This document shows, piece by piece, positions 1-9,004 of a DNA stretch of 64,000 nt. The position numbers and the translations under genes were made by a program. The stretch is from positions 96,001 to 160,000 of IMG/VR virus record IMGVR_UViG_3300034053_000029; one strand, 5' to 3'. The notes under the pieces are model-generated. The model ran no database searches. It was given only the letters and a program-made list of their open reading frames with translations, and was not told the DNA's origin. Positions within the stretch are counted from its first letter, which is position 1, and every line of letters begins with the position of its first letter. This DNA comes from a virus (lineage: Duplodnaviria; Caudoviricetes).

Positions 1-711
1 ACTAGCAAGTTCTTCGGTATCATCTTTCGAATGATCGCCAAATGTTACTTGTCTAGCTTGAGCTTTAGCTTGACCAGTTGGTTCTTTTGGAGTTAATCCC
101 CAAATACTAGGTGCAACAAATTGCTTTGGCTCACTCGTTGCTAATGCCGCACGTTCTCCATAAGAACCTTTGAACACTTTTCCTTTTGGAAACTGTTGTG
201 GTTTATATTGAGCATCGGTTGGTGCTAGTTTGGATGCCTCATTTAAAAAATTATCTAGATCATCAATTGACTCAAGTATCGTAGTTTCCCCATCAACTGA
301 TTCCATCGTAACTCTGTGGCCGGCATCAGCAAGTGGTTTAATAATTGATCTAAGACCAGGTTTATTTGCAGGGTGCTTTGCTAAAACATTACCCTTTACG
401 TCTCGCACAACAACACTCCTGTTTGGTCTAGCAACATCTTGTGCCTTTGCAGCAGCACGAGGGTTTGCGAATTCTACTCTTTGTTCCTCAACCTTTGATT
501 TTGGTACAGATGGCATTGTGTCGCCTTCTTTGTCATCAGGTAATGGTTTTTTCTTTAAATACTTCTTCTTTGCAGCAGCACCAAAAATTTCAGTAAAGCA
601 ATGCACCTTGGAATCAAAAGCCTCCAACAAGTCGTTGGACAATTCAGTTTCAATAACTTCTTCCTGAACTTCTACGGCATTCGTATCGTATTTAAATTTA
701 AAAATCGACAT
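1..711 (-). CDS. Hypothetical protein, 3'-truncated by the window edge; probable head/internal protein
   Basis: Not in the ORF track. ATG at 711 reads MSIFKFKYDTNAVEVQEEVIETELSNDLLEAFDSK... with no stop before position 1. Contains LLEA/LNEA gp21-type cleavage motifs. Confidence 0.75.
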   Translation of the reverse strand, partial: MSIFKFKYDTNAVEVQEEVIETELSNDLLEAFDSKVHCFTEIFGAAAKKKYLKKKPLPDDKEGDTMPSVPKSKVEEQRVEFANPRAAAKAQDVARPNRSVVVRDVKGNVLAKHPANKPGLRSIIKPLADAGHRVTMESVDGETTILESIDDLDNFLNEASKLAPTDAQYKPQQFPKGKVFKGSYGERAALATSEPKQFVAPSIWGLTPKEPTGQAKAQARQVTFGDHSKDDTEELAS

Positions 712-712
712 A

Positions 713-1006
713 TCATTCACCCTTCTTTTTTCTTGTTTTTGGTTTCTTCTTTTGCTCTTCGACTTGTTCTTCAACCTGTTCTTGTTGAACTTCCACAACT
801 AATGGTTGAGCATCACCAAAAACACTTCCATCTGGCATAACCTCAACGCACAAATCATTTTGAGCAAAGTAGTGGCGACGGACTAATCCAGATGGGTCTT
901 TAGTGAAGAATGATACCTGAATATCGTTTTCAGTTTCTTCTTTAACGTCCCATCCCAATTTTGCGTAGCTGTCCTTCTTCGACAATGCATATTCTTTAAA
1001 ATTCAT
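713..1006 (-). CDS. Hypothetical protein (acidic, basic tail; N-terminus MNFKEY)
   Basis: 97-aa ORF tightly packed in an operon. Confidence 0.7.
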   Translation of the reverse strand: MNFKEYALSKKDSYAKLGWDVKEETENDIQVSFFTKDPSGLVRRHYFAQNDLCVEVMPDGSVFGDAQPLVVEVQQEQVEEQVEEQKKKPKTRKKKGE

Positions 1007-1563
1007 TTTAATCCCTTATGTTCTTTCACTATATCAAGTGCCTCGCCAATCATAGAAACTTTTGGAATGTCAATGTTAAATTTATTCATATACTTAGACA
1101 CTCTTTCAAAGTCATTCCTATATTTATAATAACACTCAATTAGGTTGTTTGGATTAGCCGACAGTAGGGAATCGGTAGCAACAATAAAGTTGTAAAATGC
1201 ATACCCATCAATAGTATTTGGATAGCACTCTACAATTTTTTCTGAGCTATCTTGTGGGATATTTTTTGATACGAACCCCTTGAACGATATATTTCCTTCG
1301 TGTATGGTTGGGGTTGAATGATTTGGAATACTGGAAGAAACCTTTTTGATTTCGGTGATCCAACTCTTGAATGTCTTGCCTTCTTTTATGAGAGTAACAT
1401 AATTTGGTCCAACATTGATCACTTCAGATATTTCACCATTGACTTCAACGGAATCTCCGACATTAACTAAATTTCCACGGATGAACGACTCACGATCATA
1501 TCTGGAATATGCTTCGTGAACGGATTTCGTTAGAGTTTTTGTTAGTTCTGAATATTTTTTCAT
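1003..1563 (-). CDS. Hypothetical protein with SH3/KOW-like beta-barrel
   Basis: RESFIRGNLVNVGDSVEV...GPNYVTLIKEGKTFKSWITEI; ATGA overlap with the next gene. Confidence 0.75.
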   Translation of the reverse strand: MKKYSELTKTLTKSVHEAYSRYDRESFIRGNLVNVGDSVEVNGEISEVINVGPNYVTLIKEGKTFKSWITEIKKVSSSIPNHSTPTIHEGNISFKGFVSKNIPQDSSEKIVECYPNTIDGYAFYNFIVATDSLLSANPNNLIECYYKYRNDFERVSKYMNKFNIDIPKVSMIGEALDIVKEHKGLK

Positions 1564-1589
1564 ATAAGTCCATAAATGTAATTGTTATA

Positions 1590-1820
1590 TTATTTATTGG
1601 ACTTCTTTTCTTTCGATTGAAGTTGAGCTATTATTCCACCCAATTTCTTAATACGAGTTTGGATTTTAATGCTATCTGGATCAGATGAATATTGTTGATA
1701 TAGCGCTTTTTGTGCACGAGATAATACTGGTAACTTCAAAGTCACTTCATCCAAACTTTCGGATTCGTTTTTACAATAGGTCTCGATGACCATATCACGC
1801 AATATTTCGGTTAATGTCAT
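1590..1820 (-). CDS. Hypothetical protein
   Basis: 76-aa ORF, translationally coupled to neighbour. Confidence 0.65.
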   Translation of the reverse strand: MTLTEILRDMVIETYCKNESESLDEVTLKLPVLSRAQKALYQQYSSDPDSIKIQTRIKKLGGIIAQLQSKEKKSNK

Positions 1821-2056
1821 TTCTTTTTCTTTCTTGTTAGACCTAAACCAATGATCGTACCTTGTAGCATATTTTGTTTAAATGATCTGTTGTTGGTTTT
1901 GATGGATGCTTGGCTAAATTTTTTCGGATGATATTTTTTAGGACGAGAAGTCAAACCATTCTTAGGAATTCTTTTCAACCGTGCAGGGGCAGAAGTCGGA
2001 GCTTTTCTGACTTCATCAAGTTCAATCGCAATTTGTTTTGCTTCGTTAATATCCAT
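1817..2056 (-). CDS. Small highly basic hypothetical protein
   Basis: 79 aa, K/R-rich after MDINEA. Confidence 0.65.
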   Translation of the reverse strand: MDINEAKQIAIELDEVRKAPTSAPARLKRIPKNGLTSRPKKYHPKKFSQASIKTNNRSFKQNMLQGTIIGLGLTRKKKK

Positions 2057-2696
2057 TTGTTACTGCTCCCCATGCCACGGCTTTACTTTTTAAATTTTCT
2101 GCCGAGTCGCCCATTGCCTTATTAAATTTATCGATTACAGTGTCATCTGTGCCATATCCAGGACTTATATGAGTAAACTCAATAGGTTTGTCATTCTTTG
2201 GGTCGAGAATGTTTGGGTCTTTGTGTGTCCCGAAAACAATGTGGGTTGGTTGTGGAGTTAATGCCGAATGATGAACTGTTATCGATTTACCATCATCCAA
2301 TTTCACCTTTGATAATCCATCTTTTTTTGAATCAATTATTGTGCCGTCACCATATACTGAATGGGTAACTCTTGCTGGCATCTGCGGAGTTTCTGTAAAA
2401 TGTGGATTGGATATTTTATATTGCTCGATTACCATCTTGATTTGATCAATCGACATATCAGTTTCACTAACCATTTTAGCTAATGGTGTAATAGGCTTTT
2501 TAAAAATAGGGATAACCCCTTTGGCACGAGGTTTTGGTGGAATTGCGTCTCTAACGATGATTGTTTCGTCATCACCCTTTGGTGCGGATTTTGCAACTTT
2601 TTCAACAGAATCTCTCGTTCCTGAATAAAATTTAGAAAATCCTTTTTGATTATTGCCTCTTAGTGCAAAACTTTTAGCCTCTTGAATGTTCATCAT
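2046..2696 (-). CDS. Hypothetical protein with SH3-like segment
   Basis: 216 aa; RVTHSVYGDGTIIDSKKDGLSKVKLDDGKSITVHHSAL. Confidence 0.7.
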   Translation of the reverse strand: MMNIQEAKSFALRGNNQKGFSKFYSGTRDSVEKVAKSAPKGDDETIIVRDAIPPKPRAKGVIPIFKKPITPLAKMVSETDMSIDQIKMVIEQYKISNPHFTETPQMPARVTHSVYGDGTIIDSKKDGLSKVKLDDGKSITVHHSALTPQPTHIVFGTHKDPNILDPKNDKPIEFTHISPGYGTDDTVIDKFNKAMGDSAENLKSKAVAWGAVTNGY

Positions 2697-2953
2697 TTAA
2701 TCAACCTAGTAGTCAATCTAGATATTGTTTTATCAGGGTCTCTATGATGCGAATATACTGGAATTATTTTTCCATCTTTATCTCTTTTAGCACCAACAAC
2801 GGCACGTTTCTTATCAGATTCATGATGGTCTGCCCCTAGCGATTTTGCCACAACTAAATTAGTGTAATGACTCAATAGCCTTTTTTTGCCTTCTGGAGTG
2901 TCCCCAAGCTCACATAAAGCAATCACTCTTTCTAAGATATATTCCTTTAACAT
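2693..2953 (-). CDS. Hypothetical protein (MLKEYILE N-terminus)
   Basis: 86 aa; first gene after late promoter 2975-2982; AGGA RBS. Confidence 0.7.
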   Translation of the reverse strand: MLKEYILERVIALCELGDTPEGKKRLLSHYTNLVVAKSLGADHHESDKKRAVVGAKRDKDGKIIPVYSHHRDPDKTISRLTTRLIK

Positions 2954-2974
2954 AATCGTCCTATTTGTTTTTAT

Positions 2975-2982
2975 TATTTATG
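2975..2982 (-). promoter_or_regulatory. T4-type late promoter CATAAATA
   Basis: Intergenic match to the TATAAATA late consensus, about 22 nt upstream of ATG 2953. Confidence 0.7.
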
Positions 2983-2989
2983 GTTTATA

Positions 2990-4465
2990 TTACATCTTAG
3001 ATAGAATGTCTTCATGACTGACATAAATCGTAGGTGCGTTTGGTTGTGTGATCGACTTGACTTCAAAACGACCAAAAACTGGTTTGGCAACGATTTCGCC
3101 AATCTTACCCTTACCATCTGCACCGGTGAATTTAATTTTATCTCCAACGTGAAAATGCTTGTCAAAATGCTCTGCATCAGGAATAGATTCGATGCGACTA
3201 CGGGGAGCCATCGTGGTGATGGTCATTCCCTTGAACGGAGAAGTGGCATACTCTTCTGGAGCAACGGTTCCAATCTTACCGGTAATCTCGACTCGTGCGC
3301 CTTTCTTAACACCATCATCACCAGACGATGTGAACATCTTGATCAGATGACCAGAATCTGCCTTAACGGTCAGGATGTGCTTGGTTCCCCAATCATTCTG
3401 ATAGCTGAATGCAGAGATAACTTCTCCCTTGACGGTAACTTTCTTACCTACCTCACCAAGACCTTCATCAGTCTTGACGGTTGACAACATACCTTTTTTG
3501 GCCTCAAGGTTTTCTACGTCCTTGAGGTATGAATTGGCACCGGCAGCAATATAACCGGTATATTTAAGCCCTGCAGACTCACCAGATGCGAGCTTGCTAA
3601 TATTGATCCAGAACTCTTCCTTGGTTGCCTTCGGGTGGTTTTTCATCCAGTCGATAGCCTTATCCGCATCTTCGTAATCCTTAGCGGAGACTGGCATGAT
3701 AAAATCTTGTGCATCTTTTTTCGGAGGATACATGTGCAGATTAACACCGGCAGAAGTGCTAGACTTCGTTTCGGTTGCATTTGCATTGGAAACAAACCCA
3801 CGATCACGGATGCTATGAATTGATGCGGCAACAATCTCCCTCACGGAGAATGCCATAACGCCTCGACCACCACCGCCATACTCAGGGTCTTGAATCTCAC
3901 TCATTACTTGCTTAATGTCCCACAATGCCGTAGCAAAATCGGCATACTTCTCAGGATCAGCATGACCTAAGAAGTCCTTGAGACAAGAACGACCAACTTC
4001 CATGTGCTTGCCGGATTCGTTCTTAACGACAAACGACTCATTGCGCCGACGATTGTGACCGCAATGATCGCACTTTATATCATGGTCATCTTGATATGTT
4101 GCAGGAAGTTCATGGCCTGGTGCAGACTTAGCAATGATCGAATTGCCGCCTTCCATCGGTTCACGCTTACCAACGAAAGACCAACCATTGAGCTTCGGTG
4201 CCTCACCAACGATGGTGACTTTTACGAACTCCATGAAAACGGCAGGTTTGATTTTGCCAGAAGCAAGTTTCTTTTCCGGTTCTACTTGCTTGGAAAACGG
4301 CTTGCTCTTGCTGATCGTGATAGGGTCAGCATTAAGCCTCTGAGCAGTCTTGTTAAGTTTGTTCAACATACCTTCAAGGAAGTCGATATTATGGACTGGA
4401 ACCTCAAAAACATTAGGTGTTGCCACTTCATTGTTTTCCACGATGAATTCCTTGTATGTCTTCAT
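2990..4465 (-). CDS. Capsid-targeting-sequence protein with Zn-binding motif, OB-fold-like and SH3-like domains
   Basis: N-terminus MKTYKEFIVE, similar to the T4 IPII/IPIII CTS MKTYQEFIAE; CDHCGHNRRR...VGRSCLKDFLG; C-terminal beta domains. Confidence 0.85.
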   Translation of the reverse strand: MKTYKEFIVENNEVATPNVFEVPVHNIDFLEGMLNKLNKTAQRLNADPITISKSKPFSKQVEPEKKLASGKIKPAVFMEFVKVTIVGEAPKLNGWSFVGKREPMEGGNSIIAKSAPGHELPATYQDDHDIKCDHCGHNRRRNESFVVKNESGKHMEVGRSCLKDFLGHADPEKYADFATALWDIKQVMSEIQDPEYGGGGRGVMAFSVREIVAASIHSIRDRGFVSNANATETKSSTSAGVNLHMYPPKKDAQDFIMPVSAKDYEDADKAIDWMKNHPKATKEEFWINISKLASGESAGLKYTGYIAAGANSYLKDVENLEAKKGMLSTVKTDEGLGEVGKKVTVKGEVISAFSYQNDWGTKHILTVKADSGHLIKMFTSSGDDGVKKGARVEITGKIGTVAPEEYATSPFKGMTITTMAPRSRIESIPDAEHFDKHFHVGDKIKFTGADGKGKIGEIVAKPVFGRFEVKSITQPNAPTIYVSHEDILSKM

Positions 4466-4477
4466 GTCAGAGTCCGT

Positions 4478-4506
4478 ATTATAGTTATAGTCTAATATTT
4501 AGTCAA
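4478..4506 (-). promoter_or_regulatory. Composite sigma70-type (TTGACT-17-TATAAT) and late (CTAAATA) promoter
   Basis: Minus strand TTGACTAAATATTAGACTATAACTATAAT directly upstream of ATG 4465. Confidence 0.75.
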
Positions 4507-4514
4507 GCGACTCT

Positions 4515-4850
4515 TCAACTGTCTGATTTATCTAGGAAACTTTCGTAGTCTGAAGTATCAAGCAATCCATCCTTTTTGAGCATTTTCTCAACAAACTGAT
4601 GAATCTCAACATCCGTCTTAGCATCCTCATGTGCCCACTCTAAGCATCTGATTAATAAGGGAACTGTCATGTGAATCTCGTCTTGATTGTTCTCATGTAA
4701 TGCCAACCATTTCCTATACAAAGGGTGCTTTTCACGTTTTCCTTTTGGCATTCCGTCTAATAATTTTCTCAAATAGTCAGGATCATTCTCAGGATTTCTC
4801 ATGGTCTCAATTAATTGAGCGATATCGGATACTAACTTTCTCATTTCCAT
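4515..4850 (-). CDS. Conserved phage hypothetical protein
   Basis: 111 aa; MTVPLLIRCLEWAHEDAKTD motif. Confidence 0.7.
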   Translation of the reverse strand: MEMRKLVSDIAQLIETMRNPENDPDYLRKLLDGMPKGKREKHPLYRKWLALHENNQDEIHMTVPLLIRCLEWAHEDAKTDVEIHQFVEKMLKKDGLLDTSDYESFLDKSDS

Positions 4851-6310
4851 TCCCCATTTACAATGAATATCAATTGTCTCTTACCATTCTTATATAAGAG
4901 ACAATGTGTTTGATGCCAACTAGATAAACCTTTATTATATTCCAATCTCAGTTTCGATGATGTTCCTACTTGATATGCAGATTTCTCAATTCCTGGTGAA
5001 TGACTATGACCGATAACAGTTTTAAGAGGAATTTGACTAAATTGCTGTCTCGATCCTCGTGTTCCATTAATTCCAATGTCACCATGATTATTTAGGTCAA
5101 CACCATGTAGAATAAAATCATCGTCTGAACTCAAGAACCTAACATTAGCTGAAGTGTTTATTCTTTCGCCATAAAGGGCAAATGGGTCTGGATAATATAG
5201 AACACCATTTTCATGTTTAGTATTCGACAACATCAAATACATCAGGTGATGGTAAATTTTAGCATTGACCATATCTTTCTTTGGGTCTGCCTCATTTAAC
5301 CAACGCATTAAGTGTGAATTGTGGTTTGATGGTACGATAATAGATTGACTAAAACTTGGAGTCGTTCTTTCGATAAACTGCAAAGTCTCATTTAATTCAT
5401 TCTCGATTGAATCAATATTCGCTAGTGACTTTCCATAACGAACAAATATATTATTCTTGTGGTGATGGGAAATCGAGTAGCAATCCAACACATCATGACG
5501 AATAATGTATTTTGGTTTTAGTGTATTAACAATCCCGTTTGTTCCGTATGTGGCATCATATACTTTCTCGTCATAAAACATAACGTGTTCGTCGCCAGTA
5601 ATTAGTGCCTCAATTTCGCAGTTTGTTACAATATTGTCTTCGGTATAGTATGTACTAATATCATACATACCTTCTCCGTCGAAATGAAGATGACGAATAT
5701 GGGTTGCAGTATGATCTACAAATAATGCGCTATACGAATGGTCGAACTTTGCCTTTTGTGCCGTCTTGTTCTCACCATAATTTGGAATGGAAACACTTCC
5801 GGTAGTCGTTATGATTGGTGGATATGTTTCAGATTTTCTTGGAAGAGTTTTTAGTTGAACTTGTGGGTGTCCAAAAATGACAGTTTTCCCCTTACTAAAC
5901 GAATCCATTCCACCAAGAGGGTTATTTAGATTGGTGCCTAGCTTTCCGTCACCCATAATGACAATATCATCACCAAGATGAACCTTAGTGTTTACGATAT
6001 ACTGCTTAATTTCTTCGTCGTAATTGCTCTCGTTGAACTTGTGATTATTGTTTACTGGAAGGATCACCAACTTCGAACCATGAATACGACAATAATTTTC
6101 TAGAACCTTTAGGAATCTCTTGTTGATTGGAAACCCATCGGTTGCGGAAGTGATAACGTAACTTTGGTTGAATACTGGTTTTGGTGTGCAATAGTCTACA
6201 TAGTTTTTAGTGCCACACTTGTTACACTTGTATGCTACCTTTCTTTTGTTGCCTAGATGATGTACCCCAAGATTCTTAAAGTCTAACGAACCACAATATT
6301 CACAATACAT
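4841..6310 (-). CDS. T5 A1-like metallophosphoesterase-fold protein with N-terminal Zn ribbon
   Basis: YVITSA, GDEH, HDVLD, PSNHN, HGD, GHSHSPGI...AYQVG...SSW motifs; N-terminal CEYC/CNKC. Confidence 0.75.
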   Translation of the reverse strand: MYCEYCGSLDFKNLGVHHLGNKRKVAYKCNKCGTKNYVDYCTPKPVFNQSYVITSATDGFPINKRFLKVLENYCRIHGSKLVILPVNNNHKFNESNYDEEIKQYIVNTKVHLGDDIVIMGDGKLGTNLNNPLGGMDSFSKGKTVIFGHPQVQLKTLPRKSETYPPIITTTGSVSIPNYGENKTAQKAKFDHSYSALFVDHTATHIRHLHFDGEGMYDISTYYTEDNIVTNCEIEALITGDEHVMFYDEKVYDATYGTNGIVNTLKPKYIIRHDVLDCYSISHHHKNNIFVRYGKSLANIDSIENELNETLQFIERTTPSFSQSIIVPSNHNSHLMRWLNEADPKKDMVNAKIYHHLMYLMLSNTKHENGVLYYPDPFALYGERINTSANVRFLSSDDDFILHGVDLNNHGDIGINGTRGSRQQFSQIPLKTVIGHSHSPGIEKSAYQVGTSSKLRLEYNKGLSSWHQTHCLLYKNGKRQLIFIVNGEWK

Positions 6311-6320
6311 ATTAATCCTT

Positions 6321-6860
6321 TCACTTATTCCATTTATGTAGAAGGTATTCTTTCGATGCCTTTGTCGGATTCTTCTCTTGATACTTACTAGAAGGGGTAA
6401 CGTCTTTAGATATTACCCTCTTTTTTGGTTCTTTATTTTTGTCATACAAAGCAATCTTATGTGTCTTAGCTAATTGCTCCCACACCTTATGTCCTGCGGT
6501 AGTCATGGTGGTCGAACTAAAAAAACTGTACCCATGTTTCTCATGCAAATGCGTTATCGCCTCGTGCATCATTTTTGGATGATCTGATTCTGGAGACTTA
6601 GCCATTTCGGTAATTCTTGCTGCGGTCTTACCTGCACGATTAAATGAAATAGTGCCGATATGTTCTCCGGTATCCTTGTGGTGAATGGTTATTAAACCGG
6701 TATCGCCATTATGATGAACACGAAGACCAAACCTGTCTGACTTCGTTTCGAGGTCTGGTTTGGTCTTCTGATCAAGTTTCTTAAACACAGGTGCCTCTTC
6801 ATCACTTGAGGCATAGTGTTCCTGCAGTTGAGATACTAATTGAGAATATGGTTTTTTCAT
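6321..6860 (-). CDS. His-rich GNAT-fold-like protein, putative internal protein
   Basis: SSTTMTTAGHKVWEQL segment; own late promoter; MKKPYSQLVSQLQE leader. Confidence 0.6.
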   Translation of the reverse strand: MKKPYSQLVSQLQEHYASSDEEAPVFKKLDQKTKPDLETKSDRFGLRVHHNGDTGLITIHHKDTGEHIGTISFNRAGKTAARITEMAKSPESDHPKMMHEAITHLHEKHGYSFFSSTTMTTAGHKVWEQLAKTHKIALYDKNKEPKKRVISKDVTPSSKYQEKNPTKASKEYLLHKWNK

Positions 6861-6885
6861 AAATACGCATCTGGTGTGAATACTA

Positions 6886-6892
6886 TATTTAG
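6886..6892 (-). promoter_or_regulatory. Late promoter CTAAATA
   Basis: Overlaps the gp41 stop codon, 25 nt upstream of ATG 6860. Confidence 0.6.
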
Positions 6893-8286
6893 CTAAAATC
6901 CAATCCGTCTAAATTGTGAACTCTCTTCCCAAAAGTAGTTTTATCAAATGCAGGAGTATCATCAGCAGACTTACTACCTGATCCATGAATATTTTCTGAT
7001 GGATTATCCACATCATATAATTTGAAACGAGTGATGTCTACTCCTACAGCAAATCGCTTATGGAAATTCACATCACCAAATCTAGACTTTAATTGCTTAA
7101 CCAAAAGCTGACCAATACCATCCATTTCCTCGGTTCTAATTAGTGCAAAAATAAAATCCATGGTTGCTGCAGTACCAAAGCTCTCTGCAATATCCGTCAT
7201 TTCTGAATCACTATTACTTGCCCCCAATCTAGTAAATTGGGTTGCGGTCATGATTGGGACATTGAACTCAACTGCCATACCACGAAGTTCCTCGGCAATC
7301 GACTTCACAATGGTATATGAATTAAATGCTCCACCACTTTTCAATCTCTGACTGCTACAAATATTCAAATAATCAACTAGGATAAGGTCTGGAATAAAAT
7401 TCTTCTTTTGTTTAAGCTCATTTAATAATGCTTTGAAGTGTCCTACATGTGCGCCACCTGTAGGATATTCTTTGATGATTAAATTTCCCTTGCCTCGACT
7501 ATGAATGTCGTTAATTTTCTTTGTGAAAGTGCCCTTGTCCAACCTACCCAAATCAGATATAGGAATGTTCAAGATATTACAATCGATTCGTTCTGCGATT
7601 CTTTCTTCCGCCATTTCCAATGTTATGTAAAGAACATTTTTACCTGACTTAATAGCAGAGGCGGCAGCATGACATAGGAATAATGACTTTCCAGTATTAA
7701 CACCTGCAACAACACATGATAGGGTTTTACTTGGAAGACCACCTTTCGTTATTCTGTTAAACATTTCCAGATCGAATGGAAGTCTCTCTTCAGTCAAATG
7801 ATAGAAATCATGGCGACGTTCAGCATCACTAAAGAAATCGTGACCAATGTTCTTGTCAAAAGAAACCCCCAACGCTTCTTGTAGGAGTGTTGGGATTGCC
7901 TCTTTATTGAACTTCGTGTTGTTGCCGTCGATAATAGAAATCGATTCCATAATCGCATTGTATAAGGATTGCTCCTTACAAAACTTTTCTGTACGCTCAA
8001 CCAACCATTCTTTATTTGTCTCTTTTTCAACTAACGAATCAATTAAACTGTTAGCCGAATCCATATCAGCTTGAGATAAATCTTTACGATCATCTAAATG
8101 CAACTTCAATACTTGTTGGGTTGGTGGTTTGTTATATTTCTCAAAAAACTTTTGAATATCTTCGAAAATTACTTTGTCAACTTTGTCAGAAAAATATTCT
8201 GGTTTAATGAATGGTAGAACCTTCCTACAATATTCCTCATTCGAAATTAAATTGCTAAAAATAACCTCTTCAATCCTATTTGTCAT
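6889..8286 (-). CDS. gp41: Replicative DNA helicase (T4 gp41, DnaB family)
   Basis: Walker A GVNTGKS, YITLEMAE, VDYL, ATQ motifs; 465 aa. Confidence 0.97.
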   Translation of the reverse strand: MTNRIEEVIFSNLISNEEYCRKVLPFIKPEYFSDKVDKVIFEDIQKFFEKYNKPPTQQVLKLHLDDRKDLSQADMDSANSLIDSLVEKETNKEWLVERTEKFCKEQSLYNAIMESISIIDGNNTKFNKEAIPTLLQEALGVSFDKNIGHDFFSDAERRHDFYHLTEERLPFDLEMFNRITKGGLPSKTLSCVVAGVNTGKSLFLCHAAASAIKSGKNVLYITLEMAEERIAERIDCNILNIPISDLGRLDKGTFTKKINDIHSRGKGNLIIKEYPTGGAHVGHFKALLNELKQKKNFIPDLILVDYLNICSSQRLKSGGAFNSYTIVKSIAEELRGMAVEFNVPIMTATQFTRLGASNSDSEMTDIAESFGTAATMDFIFALIRTEEMDGIGQLLVKQLKSRFGDVNFHKRFAVGVDITRFKLYDVDNPSENIHGSGSKSADDTPAFDKTTFGKRVHNLDGLDFS

Positions 8287-8558
8287 GCATATTCCTTTGG
8301 TTGATTTTCATCGGACAAAATCAAATCTAACCCACGAGGATTTTCGGAATCAATAAACTTCCCAAATTCATCCCACTTAGCAGGTATCCATTCTTCACCT
8401 GACCAGTATATACCAATAACAGGTTTATTGCCACCAGATTTCTTAGAAATTATGATGGCAATAGAACCTGCTTGAGTTATCGTGATATGAAAATTTCCTG
8501 CCGCTATTGATCGAAAAAATGGAGAACAAATATCCTCAACTTCCTTCTGACTGTGCAT
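8283..8558 (-). CDS. Hypothetical protein
   Basis: ORF track starts at 8600; ATG 8558 (MHSQKEV) reduces the overlap with gp40 and is preferred. Confidence 0.6.
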   Translation of the reverse strand: MHSQKEVEDICSPFFRSIAAGNFHITITQAGSIAIIISKKSGGNKPVIGIYWSGEEWIPAKWDEFGKFIDSENPRGLDLILSDENQPKEYA

Positions 8559-8853
8559 CTTCATCGATCCCGCCCTTATAAACAACTTCACTCTTTGCAA
8601 TTTGCTCTTCTAGGATATTGATCAAAGTATCACCTAGAAATTTGTTGAACTCTTCTTTATCGGACTTCTGCACTTCGAAATCGTTTACGATGTTATATTC
8701 GAAGTGCATGGTATATGTGCCATCAGGATTCTCTTCCTCTCCGAATTTAACTTCATCATAATTGAAAACGCACCCTTGAAACTTTCCTGAGATAATTTCA
8801 AGGTCGATCTTTCCATCGTGTTCTCCACCTGTAGATTTGATATCAGATAACAT
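8536..8853 (-). CDS. gp40: Head vertex assembly chaperone (T4 gp40)
   Basis: GKFQGCVFNYDEVKF...FEYNIV...LGDTLINIL; syntenic between uvsX and 41; start could be 8853 or 8871. Confidence 0.8.
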   Translation of the reverse strand: MLSDIKSTGGEHDGKIDLEIISGKFQGCVFNYDEVKFGEEENPDGTYTMHFEYNIVNDFEVQKSDKEEFNKFLGDTLINILEEQIAKSEVVYKGGIDEDAQSEGS

Positions 8854-9004
8854 TATTTTTTCTCCAGTCATTATATCTGGCAACAGTGTTGATATGTTTT
8901 ACACGTTGAAACATTTTACACCCATCTGACCCACAATGCATTTTGAATGAAAATATAAATGCAGCGTAAGTATCTTTTAAAACTTCAATAAAATTCTTGA
9001 TCAT
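8843..9004 (-). CDS. Small hypothetical protein (53 aa)
   Basis: Not in the track. MIKNFIEVLKDTYAAFIFSF...; ATGA overlap with the uvsX stop; fills the gap. Confidence 0.5.
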   Translation of the reverse strand: MIKNFIEVLKDTYAAFIFSFKMHCGSDGCKMFQRVKHINTVARYNDWRKNNVI

